Shown here: positions 23,374 through 35,400 of the stretch, in pieces | How the letters are laid out: the number at the start of each line of letters is the position of its first letter | Position numbering within the stretch: the stretch's first letter is position 1 | From: Caecitellus pseudoparvulus | Taxonomy: Eukaryota > Protista > Bigyra: Bicosoecida | DNA: 38,382 bases | Assembly: GCA_965644315.1 (NCBI GenBank) | Contig: CBFFRQ010000060.1 | Coordinates: 1-38,382, forward strand | Reading direction: 5' to 3' | The notes under the pieces: model-generated | Database searches by the model: none | What the model was told of the DNA's origin: nothing | Seen by the model: only the letters and a program-made list of their open reading frames with translations | Position numbers and translations under genes: made by a program

Positions 23374-25108
23374 ATGCAGCAGACCAACGGCGGGCAGACA
23401 GTCTCGTTCTCTGTGAGCTGCGGTTTTTGCAGACGTGTCGCGGAAACGTCAATGCCTCACTGCCCCTGCCTGCGCCTCCTGCCCGCCGCAGAAGGCTCTC
23501 TGTGCCACGCACTGGGCAATCAAGGCATGTTCTTGCTGCTCCATCTGCTGTGGGGTCATGTTCATCGCAGGTGCCATAGCTGTGGCAGGCACCCGCGAGG
23601 CCATCGTGCAGATGCGAGAGGAGCGCCTGCAGCTGTACAACGACGCGGTGGGCAGCTGGACTGCCACAGAGCTGCAGCGCTTCGAGCAGGCGACAGGTAA
23701 CTACCGGCCCGATGAACAGCCTCAGAACGGCAAGTGGGTCTTGGCGGCGTGCCCTGTCGGGACAGCCCCCTGCACCGCAGACGCCAACGTGACAGTGGAC
23801 TTCGCCGCGCAGCGCGGCGCCAACAGCAAGGAGGTCCGGAAGCTTGCCGTGTTCCCCAACGGCATCGAACAGTACAGCGACGACAGCAAGCTCCGCTTCC
23901 GCATGGCAGCTGGTGGCCTGGCCCTGGCCGCGCCCCTGCTCTCTGACGAGTTCTTGCCGTCGCAGCCAGGTGTGGCGGTGCAGAGCAGTCTGTCAATGTC
24001 CTGGTTCAGCATCCCTCAGCCACCCGCGTCCTTGAACGCGTCCGACTCCCTGTCCATCGTGGAGGTGCCCCTGACCCTCACCGCCACCAAGCGCCACGGC
24101 GCATGCCAAGGCAACTCCAACTGCCCTGCTTGTGAGGGAATCCTGCACGGCGGCAACCTGTGCACGCACTTTTACAAGCTCAGTGAGCTGTGCATTGCGC
24201 CAACCCTGCTGTCCTCGCCTTCGCCCACGCCGCAGCAGACGCCGGCACTGCTTGCCACTGGGGAATGGGCGTGGGATCTGAAGGAAGGCGCTGGGTGTGC
24301 CGTGCTGCCGGATGACTTGCTGGACCACGCCCAGCTGGACGAAGCCAACATGCCGAGCGTGCTGCTGACGCCCGAGGACAACCCCACCCTGTCCCCCTTC
24401 TCCTTCACCCCCGTGGAGGTGCTGCGCGGCACGGACCCTGGCGATCGTGCCGTCAGCGTGTCTGCAACGGAAGGCACGCTGCGCAGCGACAAGGACCCGT
24501 GGGTGGTCGCTCTGCGTGCCACGGAAGGCACCTTCTCCTTCGGTGTCCCCGGCTTCATCATTGATCAGGTGTCCTCCACCCTGGGGTGGATCGGCGCAGG
24601 CCTCGCTGCCGTCGGCATCATCTTTCTGGTGGCCTTCGCGCTGCAGAAGCGCAAGGAGCTGGCTGGGCGCCCCCAGTCCTCCCCAGCTGCAGGCGGCTCG
24701 CAGGCAGATGTCCCAATCGCTCATCCAGTGAGCCCGTCAAGCCCAGGGCCATCTGGCATGTCGCCGGCAGCTGCAGGTGGCAGTGGTGGCGCACCCTCCT
24801 ACGAGATGGCCCGCCTGCCAGATGGCCCAGGCACGTCCAAGACAGAGGGCATCTACGTCAACCCAGCCCCTGCACCCAGTCAGGCCCCACCATCCACCGG
24901 CGGCAACCTGTACCCGGTCGCAGGCTCCGACTACCGCACACCCAACTACGGCTCCCCCATCCCCATGACCACGTACGGTGGCCCAGCCGCCCCTGCGCCG
25001 GCCCAGGTGGGGTACGCATACCCCCCCGTCGGCGGCACGACAGCGTACCCGGTGTACCCGGTCGCGCCAGCTTCGCAAGCCCCCCCCTCCCGGCCCCCAG
25101 GCATGTGA
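23374..25108 (+). CDS. Two-TM membrane protein with Cys-containing luminal/extracellular domain and Pro/Tyr-rich cytosolic tail
   Basis: Exon 23374-23412 joins ORF 23435-25108 in frame via intron 23413-23491 (GTGAGC..CGCAG). TM1 ICCGVMFIAGAIAVAG; TM2 WIGAGLAAVGIIFLVAFAL followed by QKRK. Confidence 0.7.
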
Positions 25109-25134
25109 CGCACTCTCTCCTCAATACATGGTCC

Positions 25135-26341
25135 TCAGCTCAGCATGGCGTAAGATGTCACCTGCCCCACCACGCCAGCCGCGGCAGCCTGCAGAGTCGG
25201 GTACAGCGCCTGCGACCCCGACCATCCGTGTGCGACCTGCACAGTGGCACAGCCCCACGATCCAGGCGTCGAGCAGGGCTCCGTGAACCCAGACGCATTG
25301 ACGCGAATGGAGCGCTGCTCCCACACCAGCCCAGGCACAGAGCCCTGCTCTGCAGCACAGGCGCCGCCAGGGCCACGCTCTGCGCACTGCACGGCTGCCA
25401 GGGATGCTACTAGGTCGAAGAGGGCATTCGTGCCCAGCTCAGGCGAGGCTGGCCACAAGGGTGGGAATAGGCCCGGGCCCCCACCGTTGAACCAGGCCTT
25501 GAAGGCGCTGAGCAGGGTGGTGGGCAGCGGTGCACCGCGCTGGGCTGCCTGCAGGAACGTCGCGTACGCCGAGGCATTCACGGCGAACTGGCGGGAGGGC
25601 AGGATGGGCACGATGCGCAGAGGCGCTGCCCAGTTAGCAGAGGGCATGCCCCACACGATAGCCGAGGCAGTGGCGTTCAGAGCCACGTTATACTCGGGGC
25701 AAGGCGAGGAGGTATTCAGGCGGTAGCATGCCCACAAGGAGCCGCCCATGAGGATAGTGTGCATGTGGTGAGACAGGGGCGGCCACTGCGCCAGCAGCTG
25801 TGCCTGAGCTAGAGGCGGGGACAGCTGCAAGAACAGCACTGGAGCAGTGGGTGACGCGGCCTGCACCACACCCCGCATGGCAAGCAGAGTCTCGTTGGGC
25901 TGTAGGATCCCACCAGGGTACGATGCCAAGGGCATGCTGCTGCCCCACGTAGCCAGTGGCATGTCTGCGTTGCTCTGGTCTCCCGTCGGCGTGTGCAGCG
26001 CAATGGGGATGCCGCTGGCCCCAGCCTCGACCAACATGCGTGCCGCAACGCCAGCCCTGGCGGTGGTGTTCCGGGTGCTGACCACGACCAGTGCGATGGA
26101 AAATAGTTCCGGGTGGGCCAGCATCTGCGCAATGGCCCATGAATCGTCCATGTCTGCGCAAGCGGCGAGCACGAGCTGCTATGTGGCGCCAGGCTGCGCC
26201 TCATCTGCATCTGCCCTCACAGGTGCCAATGTCCGTTTCAATGATGACTGTCTGTGGGATCCTTCCTCCGAGACAAGCACAAGGCACCACGCCAAGGGCC
26301 AGAGCAAAGACCAGGCATCGCCACGCCCATCTGCAGATCAT
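25135..26341 (-). CDS. Secreted inosine/uridine-preferring nucleoside hydrolase-like protein, 2 exons (26341-26221, 26153-25135)
   Basis: Exon 1 MICRWAWRCLVFALALGVVPCACLGGRIPQTVIIETDIGT, 67-nt intron (GTGAGG..CGCAG), then YMDDSWAIAQ. Further NH motifs LMGGS, EYNV and LFDLVA. Multiple N-x-S/T sequons. Confidence 0.8.
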
Positions 26342-27192
26342 TGCGCTGGGGTGCGGAAATCGCTTACCTCCACAACACTAGCGAAGTCTGAGCAGTCACG
26401 ATAGCCGCCTTGGAAGCGAATGAATGGCAGAGGGCTTCAAGAGAGGGATGATGTCTTGCGTGAATTCAGATTTTGAGTGATCTCAGCTGTTGTGCGCGGT
26501 GGCAGACTGAGTCATATTGCACCCGAGTCATTTGTCTGTGGAGTCCATGCGAGCTGTGCAGACCACTTATTTTTTCCCAACTGCGTACTATGAAACAAAA
26601 GTTCCACAGTAGCACACCACAGAGAGATACGTCACACCAAAATACAAGCCCCACAGGCGCGTAGCTTGTTTGTCGATCCAGAAAGCGGTCGTTGTATCCG
26701 TTCAAACCGCGGACGTTCAGCATGGCCAGCGCTGAAGAGCTGCCGACAGGCGGCACGATTGCTGCCATGATCAAGCGCTTTCGGTGAGTGTTCTGCCCTG
26801 AAAACGAAGCCTGCAGCCTTAAGATCTGTGCTGGCGCTTTTGCAGGTCGAGTCCGCCCCGTGAGCGAGGGTTGCGGGAGACGTTTGGGACGAAGTTCTGG
26901 TGGGAAGCCTCGCCTGCGTGAGTGAAACGCCAACGACACAACTGCTTCCCCTACGTGTCAACCACTGCAGTGCTTTGCGAGACCACTCGTGATCTGAATA
27001 GCAACAGTGGTGTGAGTCAGGCCCAGTGCATGGAATCCACGTCTCTGTGCCTCCTCTCGACGCAGCGGCGAAGCGACAGGAGCGGCTGGCGTTGGACGAA
27101 ACTCCTCGACGGGCGCTTCAAACCCTGAGCCTGAGAGCCAGGAAACGTCCCCTGGGGACGCCGACGCCAGCTGCGAAGGTATCAGCTCCACT

Positions 27193-30100
27193 GTGCAGAG
27201 CGCTCCCTTGAACCTCCGAGACTTCGACATTGACGGTGTGCTCTCCCGAGCCAAGCGAGTGATTGCCTGCACGCGCTCGAGTGCTGCCCAGAGCTCAACG
27301 CCACAGCGGCCCGCGGCGTCGGGAGGGGAGCTGTCGAGCTCGCTGCATGCAGACCACACATCTCCTTCGCGTCTCCCGGCCCTGCGAAGCCGCATCGCGA
27401 GCCTGCGGCACACTGCTGCTGAGCGTCAACAGAGCAAGCCAACGCCGACCGCGAGACCCGTGTCGCCGCCTGCGGGTGACGAAGGGGCAGGGCGTGCAGC
27501 TGGGACAAGCCAGTCGGGTGAAGACAGTGATGGTGACGTGTTTTCGCAGCCAGGGTCTGGAAGTTTGGGTGGGAAAGCCAGCACCAGGGCTGGGCCATTG
27601 CCCACTCGCCCGCCCCCTTCCGGCTCAGAAGTCATCGATGCCTTGCGGAGACTAACTGGGCGTTGGGCCCAGGACAAAGCCACAGCATCAGAGCAGGGCC
27701 TGGCAGCTGTCGAGCGCCCTGCCTCTCCCGCCCTGTCTGCCACAACACCAGCTCACGAAGGAGCCGCTGTGCTCAGCGGCTCAGAGTCACCTGGGGAGTC
27801 CGCGGCTGACACCCCTGCCCGCACACCTGCAATGCCAGAGCGTGAAAGCGAGGGTGAGGCAAGCATGCACACGGCGGAGCAGGGCTCGGCGTCGAGCCGG
27901 GAGGGCGAGGGTGATGCAGATGATGAGGCGCTGCACGATCTCGTATCGCTGGCGCTGGGCGATGGCTCACCCAGGAGCCAGCAGCCAGTGCACGACCAAC
28001 AGGGCACCGAGGCCAGGGTACCCAGCCCTCCTGCTGCATCGGACTCCCCCCCCGCTCCAGCGCAGCCTGATGTTGGCGCCCGGCATACTGCCTCCACTGC
28101 TGGCGCCACCACAGCGCCCCCGGGCCCCAGCACGCCAGAAGCAGACGAGTTCTCGTACATGCACGCACTGCACTCAACGTCTCTCGGGTCCACGGGTTCC
28201 AAGAGCAGCACATCTGAATCCGCAGCCTCCATAGGCGCCTCCCCTCCGCGCGATACCAGCCCCAGCCTTACCGCAGCTGAACTTCAGCACCTGCCTGACT
28301 GGGCGGCAGGTGTGCTTCCAACACTGCCCCTCGCCACCCAGCGCTACCTGGCCACTGCATGGGTGCCCAGTGGTGCCTCGCCAGCGGAATCCTCCAAGCC
28401 CTCCAAGGTGTCTGGCCTTAAGGCGACGGCGCAGGTCTCGAAGCCAGGCCCGCGCCGAGACGCGACGGCAGAAACGATTGCACTGGAGCCTGCCGAGGTG
28501 ACGGTGACTCGTCTGCGTGCCCGGCTGGCGCGTCTGGACGATGAGTACGAACGAGCATACTCGGCCAGGCTGCGTGAGCTCGTGTCACAGGCCAACGCCA
28601 CGCCCAGCGGCAAGGCCAGGCGGCACTCAGTCAGCTCTGCGTCTTCTGCAAGCTCATGGGGCGACGAGGCCCAAGGTGCGCTGCTGCGTCAGGTCGGCAG
28701 GTACTTGCCCTCCTTCGGGGCAGCCGATGCCGCGTCTGCCTTGGCCTCCCCAGCCTCGCATGCGCCTGCGGAAACAGCTTTGCCCACAACCACATCCACT
28801 GGATCTGCAGGGCTTGCCTCGGTGTCACCCTCACCTGCCGCGTCACAGGGCACTGACTGTCTCCGTGCTCCTGCCTCCACCGCCCCCCAAGCTCTGAGCA
28901 CATCCCTCCAACGGCCACAAAGTGCGAGTCCAACCTCAGCAGGGGACGGGTCACCGTGCCTGGAGCAGCTCACGGCCAGCCTGCAAAGTGCGACACAGCG
29001 CTTCTTGGCTGGTCTGGCGAGTAGCGCGGTTTCGCCCGAGGCATCAGACGAGGAGTCAGCCACTGTAGACACGCTTTCGCCCCAGCCCGTGCAGAAAGCC
29101 TCCGGCACAGTGTCGCCACCACAGCCGCCTTCGAGTCCGCAACAGCTGAACAGCACTTCACAGGCTGATTCGGTTGCTGCTTCTGCTGACAGAGAATCAC
29201 CCCCGCCTGGCCTCGATGCCACACCGCCACCTGAGCCCTCACGTGTCTCTGCAGCCACGTCTGGCAGCAGTGCAAGCAGCCATCGAAGCACGCCTGCCCC
29301 GCCCGAGGCAGAAGACGTCTCACCCCCCTCACCTACTGGCAGCCGCGCCTCGAGGCAGTTGGGTAGGGAGGCGTCCAGCGGGTCGCTGAGCGGCCCTGCC
29401 ACCTCGGCGAACGTCTCCTCCGATACCAGTCTGGACCTGAGCTTGGCGCTGTCAGATGTGTCAGGCCAAGACCTCGTACCAGACTCGCCCCCCTCTCTGT
29501 CTCAGCACGAAGAGGCGCTGTCACTGGTCAGCGACAGCGACGCTCAGCCACAAGCCGCAGCACCGGTGTCTGCTGTTGGTCAGGCTCCCCAACCACACTC
29601 ACAGCCTGACCAGAACGAAAAGACAGGTGAACCTCCCTCGTCGCAGCGGTGCACACCACCATCACCACCCCCACCAGGACCGAGCCCGGGCCTGGGCGCG
29701 GGCAGCGTTTCATCGCCAGACACACCTTCCAAGCCAAGCACCACTCCACCTCCGCCACCTGTGCCAGTGCCAGTGTACTCACGGCACCGCCACTCCCCTG
29801 CAGGCTCCGTCACCGGGACACCACAAGCACAGGAGAGTCTTCTTGACTCTCCAGCGACCTCGCGTGATGGCAGCTGCTCCGCGGACAGCGGCCACGAGGC
29901 TGCACCAAGTGATGGGGATTCCTCTGAAACGGAGAAAGCACCCTCCTCTTCCGATGTCTCAGCAGGCGGCGTGGCGCAAGCCCCTGCCGAGGAAGGAGCA
30001 GCACTCAGCCGTGACGAATTGCAGCTTGGCGTGGCGATGGGCGCCGCGAGTCACTCCCAGGAACGCACCGCTACCTCTGGGCATACTGATCCTGAGGCAG

Positions 30101-31041
30101 TCACGGTTTCTGCCCCGACCAGCCCCTCGCCAGCCCACCAGGCGTCCGTGGAGTCACTGCTGGAGGAGTACTTGACTGAATACCAACGACCCACCCCCGC
30201 TGCAAGCACCCAGAATGCCCCCAAAGCAAGAGTGCCAGCCTCACCTGGCACTTCAAGCAACGGGGGTACCAGTGGCGTCGTGTTGCCATTGTCACACACA
30301 CAGCACAGCTCCATCGATGAGCACAGCTCGCAAGCAGGCACGCCCTCCCAGCGCAGCAGCTCCACTCCTACTCTCGCCAGCGAGGGGCGGGCAGTGCAAG
30401 CCTCACCCGCCCCCCAGGCAGCAGACAGCAGCATTGATGAGGGCAGCAGCAGCCAAGAAGTAGGTGGCATTGGGCAGGCAGCAACAGGCCAGTCCTCACC
30501 TCTTGAAACAGGCACCGCATCCCGTGGCTGGGGGGCGTGGCTGGGGCACTTGGCTCGTCCTGCCGCTAGCCAGGCGCCACACGCTCCCCTGCCACCGTCT
30601 GAGGGCGACAGCGGCGTCAGCGCTTGCAGTGCCCAAGTGGCTTCCGGGTCTGCAGCGCCCCGACCAGCCACCGCGGGTTTCGAGCGGTGGCTTGGCCGGG
30701 CAGGGCACACCGTGCCGAGAGGACCTGGTGTCCACCCCCCTCCTCAGACCCAAGGCGCGTCTGATGCCGCCCCAGTCGCCGGGGAAGTGCAAGCAGAGGT
30801 GGTGCCGCCCCCACCCCTTGCGCCCGAAGCGCCGGCCAGTGCGGCCCCTGCTGCAGCCACGCGCGACCCAGCCCACCACGTCAAGCCCAAGCAAGTGCCA
30901 CAGGAAGGACAGTGGCAAAGCGGCCCGCCTGGCATCACCTTCCCCAGCACAGCAGCACTTGCCCTGGATCCTGCCTTCGCCGCGTTGCTGCCTCGCGTGG
31001 CAGGGGTGCTGGGGCGGCGGGCGGCCGTCGTGGGGCAGTAG
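27193..31041 (+). CDS. Large Ser/Pro/Ala-rich, probably disordered hypothetical protein
   Basis: 1282-codon ORF with short helical islands (RLRARLARLDDEYERAYSARLREL). Start uncertain. Confidence 0.65.
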   Translation: MQSAPLNLRDFDIDGVLSRAKRVIACTRSSAAQSSTPQRPAASGGELSSSLHADHTSPSRLPALRSRIASLRHTAAERQQSKPTPTARPVSPPAGDEGAGRAAGTSQSGEDSDGDVFSQPGSGSLGGKASTRAGPLPTRPPPSGSEVIDALRRLTGRWAQDKATASEQGLAAVERPASPALSATTPAHEGAAVLSGSESPGESAADTPARTPAMPERESEGEASMHTAEQGSASSREGEGDADDEALHDLVSLALGDGSPRSQQPVHDQQGTEARVPSPPAASDSPPAPAQPDVGARHTASTAGATTAPPGPSTPEADEFSYMHALHSTSLGSTGSKSSTSESAASIGASPPRDTSPSLTAAELQHLPDWAAGVLPTLPLATQRYLATAWVPSGASPAESSKPSKVSGLKATAQVSKPGPRRDATAETIALEPAEVTVTRLRARLARLDDEYERAYSARLRELVSQANATPSGKARRHSVSSASSASSWGDEAQGALLRQVGRYLPSFGAADAASALASPASHAPAETALPTTTSTGSAGLASVSPSPAASQGTDCLRAPASTAPQALSTSLQRPQSASPTSAGDGSPCLEQLTASLQSATQRFLAGLASSAVSPEASDEESATVDTLSPQPVQKASGTVSPPQPPSSPQQLNSTSQADSVAASADRESPPPGLDATPPPEPSRVSAATSGSSASSHRSTPAPPEAEDVSPPSPTGSRASRQLGREASSGSLSGPATSANVSSDTSLDLSLALSDVSGQDLVPDSPPSLSQHEEALSLVSDSDAQPQAAAPVSAVGQAPQPHSQPDQNEKTGEPPSSQRCTPPSPPPPGPSPGLGAGSVSSPDTPSKPSTTPPPPPVPVPVYSRHRHSPAGSVTGTPQAQESLLDSPATSRDGSCSADSGHEAAPSDGDSSETEKAPSSSDVSAGGVAQAPAEEGAALSRDELQLGVAMGAASHSQERTATSGHTDPEAVTVSAPTSPSPAHQASVESLLEEYLTEYQRPTPAASTQNAPKARVPASPGTSSNGGTSGVVLPLSHTQHSSIDEHSSQAGTPSQRSSSTPTLASEGRAVQASPAPQAADSSIDEGSSSQEVGGIGQAATGQSSPLETGTASRGWGAWLGHLARPAASQAPHAPLPPSEGDSGVSACSAQVASGSAAPRPATAGFERWLGRAGHTVPRGPGVHPPPQTQGASDAAPVAGEVQAEVVPPPPLAPEAPASAAPAAATRDPAHHVKPKQVPQEGQWQSGPPGITFPSTAALALDPAFAALLPRVAGVLGRRAAVVGQ

Positions 31042-31571
31042 ATTAGGGGGCCCCGTGACACATGTGCATGGGGTACAGTTCAGGGGTTGTCAGGGTGTCC
31101 GGGAAGCTATTTCCGCACCTTTTTTGCTAAGATGCCGGACACCCCAACCTTGGGGGGGGGTGCCCCCCTTGTGGACCCCCCCCCTTCGCCGCCCGTGTGC
31201 AAGGCGCTGGGAGACGCTCATCCTCCTCCGCCTGCTTGCCAGCCCTGGTTCCCAAGCAGGTTCAAGTGCCACTTTGCCATCAATGCACCGAATCACATCA
31301 ATGATTTAGTTTTAGGGGCTTGATATATACGCCTCTAGGTTCCTGAGCAAGACCAGATTCGTGTGCAACGGAGGTGCAGTGATTGGGAGTTTCGGTCACG
31401 TTTCACTGCTGTCCCTGCATCATCATGGCAGAGGGCGTGCAGCAGAGCAGTGCGCCTCACTGACATTGGTGAGAGACTTCAGTGTGCCCCGGATCCTGGG
31501 AGAGGGGACATGCCTTCTCTACAGCGCGCTCAAGCCACCGTCGCTGCGCTGTCCGTCACTGGAGGATGGCC

Positions 31572-31910
31572 CACTAGTAATTTGCAAGTTCAAAGTGTTT
31601 TTTACTAAGTGAGAATCTTGTACTAGTGCGAAGACAATGGAAAAATATCGTGCTAGTGTGAGCATGAGGGTCAGTGTGCACGCAGTCAGCTGTGCTAGTG
31701 TCAAGTCCGTGCTAGTGAAGTGCTTGAAAGCCGCAGAGGCGATGTGAAATACTAGTGTGCTTGGGGTTTGCCAAAACTGCACATCACCCTGTTCACTAGG
31801 GGTGGGTTGTGCGCTAGTGCGTCAGACCTGTCCAAAGCGTCGCTAGTGTGAGCGCGGTAGGCAGGATTCACGAGGGCCAGCTGTACTAGTGAGGTGAGCT
31901 GTACTAGTGC
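31572..31910 (+). repeat. Left terminus and subterminal YRCTAGTG array
   Basis: CTAG cores at 31574, 31623, 31653, 31695, 31712, 31752, 31796, 31814, 31843, 31886 and 31904, with a degenerate CTAAG at 31605. Confidence 0.88.
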
Positions 31911-32430
31911 AGCAGCAAGCTCGAGCTGACGTTGTGGGTGGAGCAGACCTCTCTCGTACACACACCAATAAACACAATGTTGGTGCAGTCTTCGACTCTG
32001 TGTGCCATCTTCATCGTTGTCTCACAACTACCACGGCTTTTGTTTGGACCATGATCATGCTATCGGGCTAGGAAGAGCCCTGCGTCGACTGGTGTGGCGT
32101 TTCGCTTCTAACGGGTTCTCCGCGCCTCTCCCATGCGGAACCGGGTAGGACTCCCACCAGGTCCCCGGCCCCTGGAAAACCTACCATGACTTATGCTTAG
32201 GTTTGGCCGGCCCTGGCGCCTTGTGGTGGGCTTGTGCTAGCGGTGTTGGACGGCTTCGCCGTGATGCAAGTGCCTGGCGCACGCAGCTTCGCAACGTTCG
32301 CTGCCACAAGACAGGCTCGGTGCATTGGCATGGATGAAATGTGAGGGAGGCCTGATGAAAGGTGGTCCATCCGTGCTGCAGCATGGAACTTCTCTTGTCA
32401 GCCAGCGTGTGGCGCAAAGCTCTCACAAGC

Positions 32431-35400
32431 TCAGTGCTGCCGCGCTGTGATGGTCGGCAGCCAGAAGAGAACCGGGTCACCATCCGGCTCCTCTGTGTAA
32501 GTGTGCCCCTCCACTACTGTGGGGTGAACCACCGCTGGAGCGATGAGAACACTGCCACCCACTGCGTTGGCTGGGGGGGCGACATCCAGCGGGTTCACGT
32601 ACTTCCATCCAGCTATACATGCGTGGGCCTCGTCTGGGTGCAAGAATGTCCCCAACAACACCACCTCCTCAATCGAGGCATCTTTCTCATGGTCCTGGGG
32701 TGCATCACCAACAAGAGCAGCGACAGCACGGAACAACCCACTCCCAATGGCTGGCGCGGCTGCCCCTTGTTGCTGCTCCTCACGCACAACCACGAAAGCG
32801 GGGAAGCACAGCGTCGACGTGTTCCCGCCTGGGAAGCACATCAAGACGGTGCTGCACAGCCGTACTTGTCCCACCATCCTATCTCCAGTACCAACTGTGC
32901 TGGAGACGCTCTGCAGCATGGTATTCACGTCCCCTAGAGGTAAGACCCCATCCAGAGACATTCCGGCCACGCAGGGCTCCAAGGCTGCGCGGATTGTGCG
33001 GGCCAGCCCACTGTCTTCCCTGTCGAGCAGTTGCCAGACAGTGATTGGTGATCGGAGGACCTCGCGAGCCTTTGTTACAGGGGACAGGTACGGCATCTCT
33101 GGCAGCGGGCTGCCTTGCAGCAGGCAAGCAAGCTCTTCCCCAGCCACCTGTGATGAGGCGCTCGTCACCCATGCCTCGCTTACCAGCATGTCTCGGCGGA
33201 TGGATGCGTACGTCAACAACTTTGGCATATTGGCTGCCCCAAACGCAGAGTTGCACAGCTTCCACAGGCGGATGAGAGCGGGGTGCCGGCCCTCCCCGTT
33301 GTCAGTGTCCAGCGCTGCAACTACCCCAAAGCCTGCCACAGCTGCAGGAAGGTGCTGTATCTCGTGGGCCTTGGGATAGTGTGTGCTGGTGTCGCATGAA
33401 AAACTACTCCCTCCGGACTTGGAGGCTGCCTCTTGCACAAGCTCAGCGATCAGCTCCTGCGTGCCAACCATCCGAGCTAGCCAAACCTGCATGCCAAGCA
33501 GGGCCGCTTCGTCCAGTGTGTCTCGCACATACATGTATGCCTGTACTACCAGTGTACAGTGACACAGCACTTGCACCATGGTGTGCAGCTGGGGATCAGC
33601 AATAATGTCTTGGTTGTGTCCGACGATGAGTGGCAACCACTGCGCCCTGCTAACGCGCTCGGCCGACCGCATCATACCCCCAGCATTCTGCCGCCATGGC
33701 AGTGCTCTTCCTCCATCAAGCCGAGTTCCGTTTATGGTCACACCCTTGACGGCCTCCCATCGGCTTTTAAGGAGTGCTTCCCTCGCAGCAAGTCCTGGAC
33801 CGACAGTCATCGCAGCTAGGACAAACCTTTCGCAGCGGGCCGCTACAGCCCCCGTGTCGGCCGCGTGGATGGGATCTGGAGGCCTCAGGAAGCACAGCCG
33901 GGTTCCTAGTACCTTCTCAGCCGCTTCCCACGCGCTGAGTGCCCCTCTGCGATGTCCAGTGGCCGCGGCTGCCTCATCGCTGCCGGCTCCCTCTCCCCCT
34001 ACCCTGAGCTGACAGTGTTTCAGCGATGCCAGCGAGGACAGCTGTGGACCGGGGACACAGCGACACTGCACGCACCGCCGATGGAGCAAGTCAAACTGAT
34101 CCCACGCTTCCACCATGTCCGCCGACAGCTGGATAATGCAAGGCATCATCTGCACATACTCCACCAGCTGCCTCGGGCGACTGTGTGCGGTCACCTGTGA
34201 CACCCTGTACCCAGCAGACTTCAGTGCAAGGGACTGCTCTGGAGTCACCTCCTTGGGAATGCCGCCCATCTTCTGGATCGCGAGCAAGGGTTGGAGGACA
34301 AGGCTCAAAACCATGGACTGTGCTGCTTGTGCTGTGGCCGCAGCCGAAGTCAGGCCCGCCTCTCGCAGCACGTTGTCATCCTTGGGAAGTCTCTTTGGGC
34401 TCGGGGGCATGGCGAGCAATGTTGCCCTGTGCGCCTTGCGCATGGAGGCAGCATCCCCCGCAAGCGGCCAGAGCATCATGGGATACAATGCATGCTTCCC
34501 AGCCCCATCAGGGTGCACTTCGTCCATGAAAATGACCAGCGGCATGGATAGCGCCCCGCGCGCCTTGGCGCGTTCAGCCGCATTGCGCAGGAAGACGCCA
34601 TTGGATGGATGGCTCCATGTCTGTCCTGCCGCCCCAGCTTCGGATGGACGGAACTGTTTTTCAACGCTGACCGGATCTCTGAGGCTACAATGGCCAACCT
34701 CGAGGGGGGCAGGGAGCGAGATCTCCCCACCGCCCGGTAGCTGCAAGGCGTCCTTCATGCGTCTCCAATGCGCTGTCGCCAGCCCGTCTGCAAAGTGGAA
34801 CTTTTCTTTCACCTTCATGGCAGCGCTATTGTGTGCTGGCAGCTTAAGTGTTGATGGGAACCACTCTGGACTGGCGACGCCACCTCCTCGGTGAGGGGCG
34901 AAGTCCTCCAGTGGTACTTCGGCAGCCGTGCGTATAAGCACGTCCCACAGTGGCATGGAAGGCACTTCGCACTGTCCACCTGCCAGTCCCTTGGGTAAAG
35001 GTACAGTGATGGAGATCGGGGAGGGGGTTCCTTCCGCGGCGATCTCCAGCAGCTTGTCGATGCTTGGCACCATGGGACACTGTGGAGCTGTGCGATGCTC
35101 CTGACGAAGAAGCACCTCAGAAGTCTTGATCGTCTTGTTGTGCTCCTTGATGATCTCCGTCAGCACACTCTTGCTGGCGTTGAAGCGCAGCAGACACTTG
35201 AGTATGGTCCGGCCCATGCCCCCTCCAATGCCTCCACCACTACCCGCACTCTGTGCTGACAGCCGATCAGCGTGCGCTATGGCTCTGGCGACCAGCTCGG
35301 TGTGGCGTGGAGGGATGTGCTTTGCTGCTCCGGGTTGCTTTCGTGGTCCCCCGGTTGGCTGGGGAAGAGCTGGCTGTGCCATCTGGGCTTGGACGGTGGC

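Noticed and set aside
26466-26939. Small minus-strand ORF (MAAIVPPVGSS...)
   Set aside because: No recognisable domain or verifiable splice structure.
27179-27198. Possible 20-nt micro-intron (GTATCA...TGCAG) joining ORF 27026 to ORF 27193 in frame
   Set aside because: Far shorter than every other intron here; phase agreement has a 1-in-3 chance; needs transcript evidence.
31043-31318. TTAGGG-like words (also TTAGGAGGGG near 5484) as telomeric repeats
   Set aside because: Isolated single copies, not tandem.
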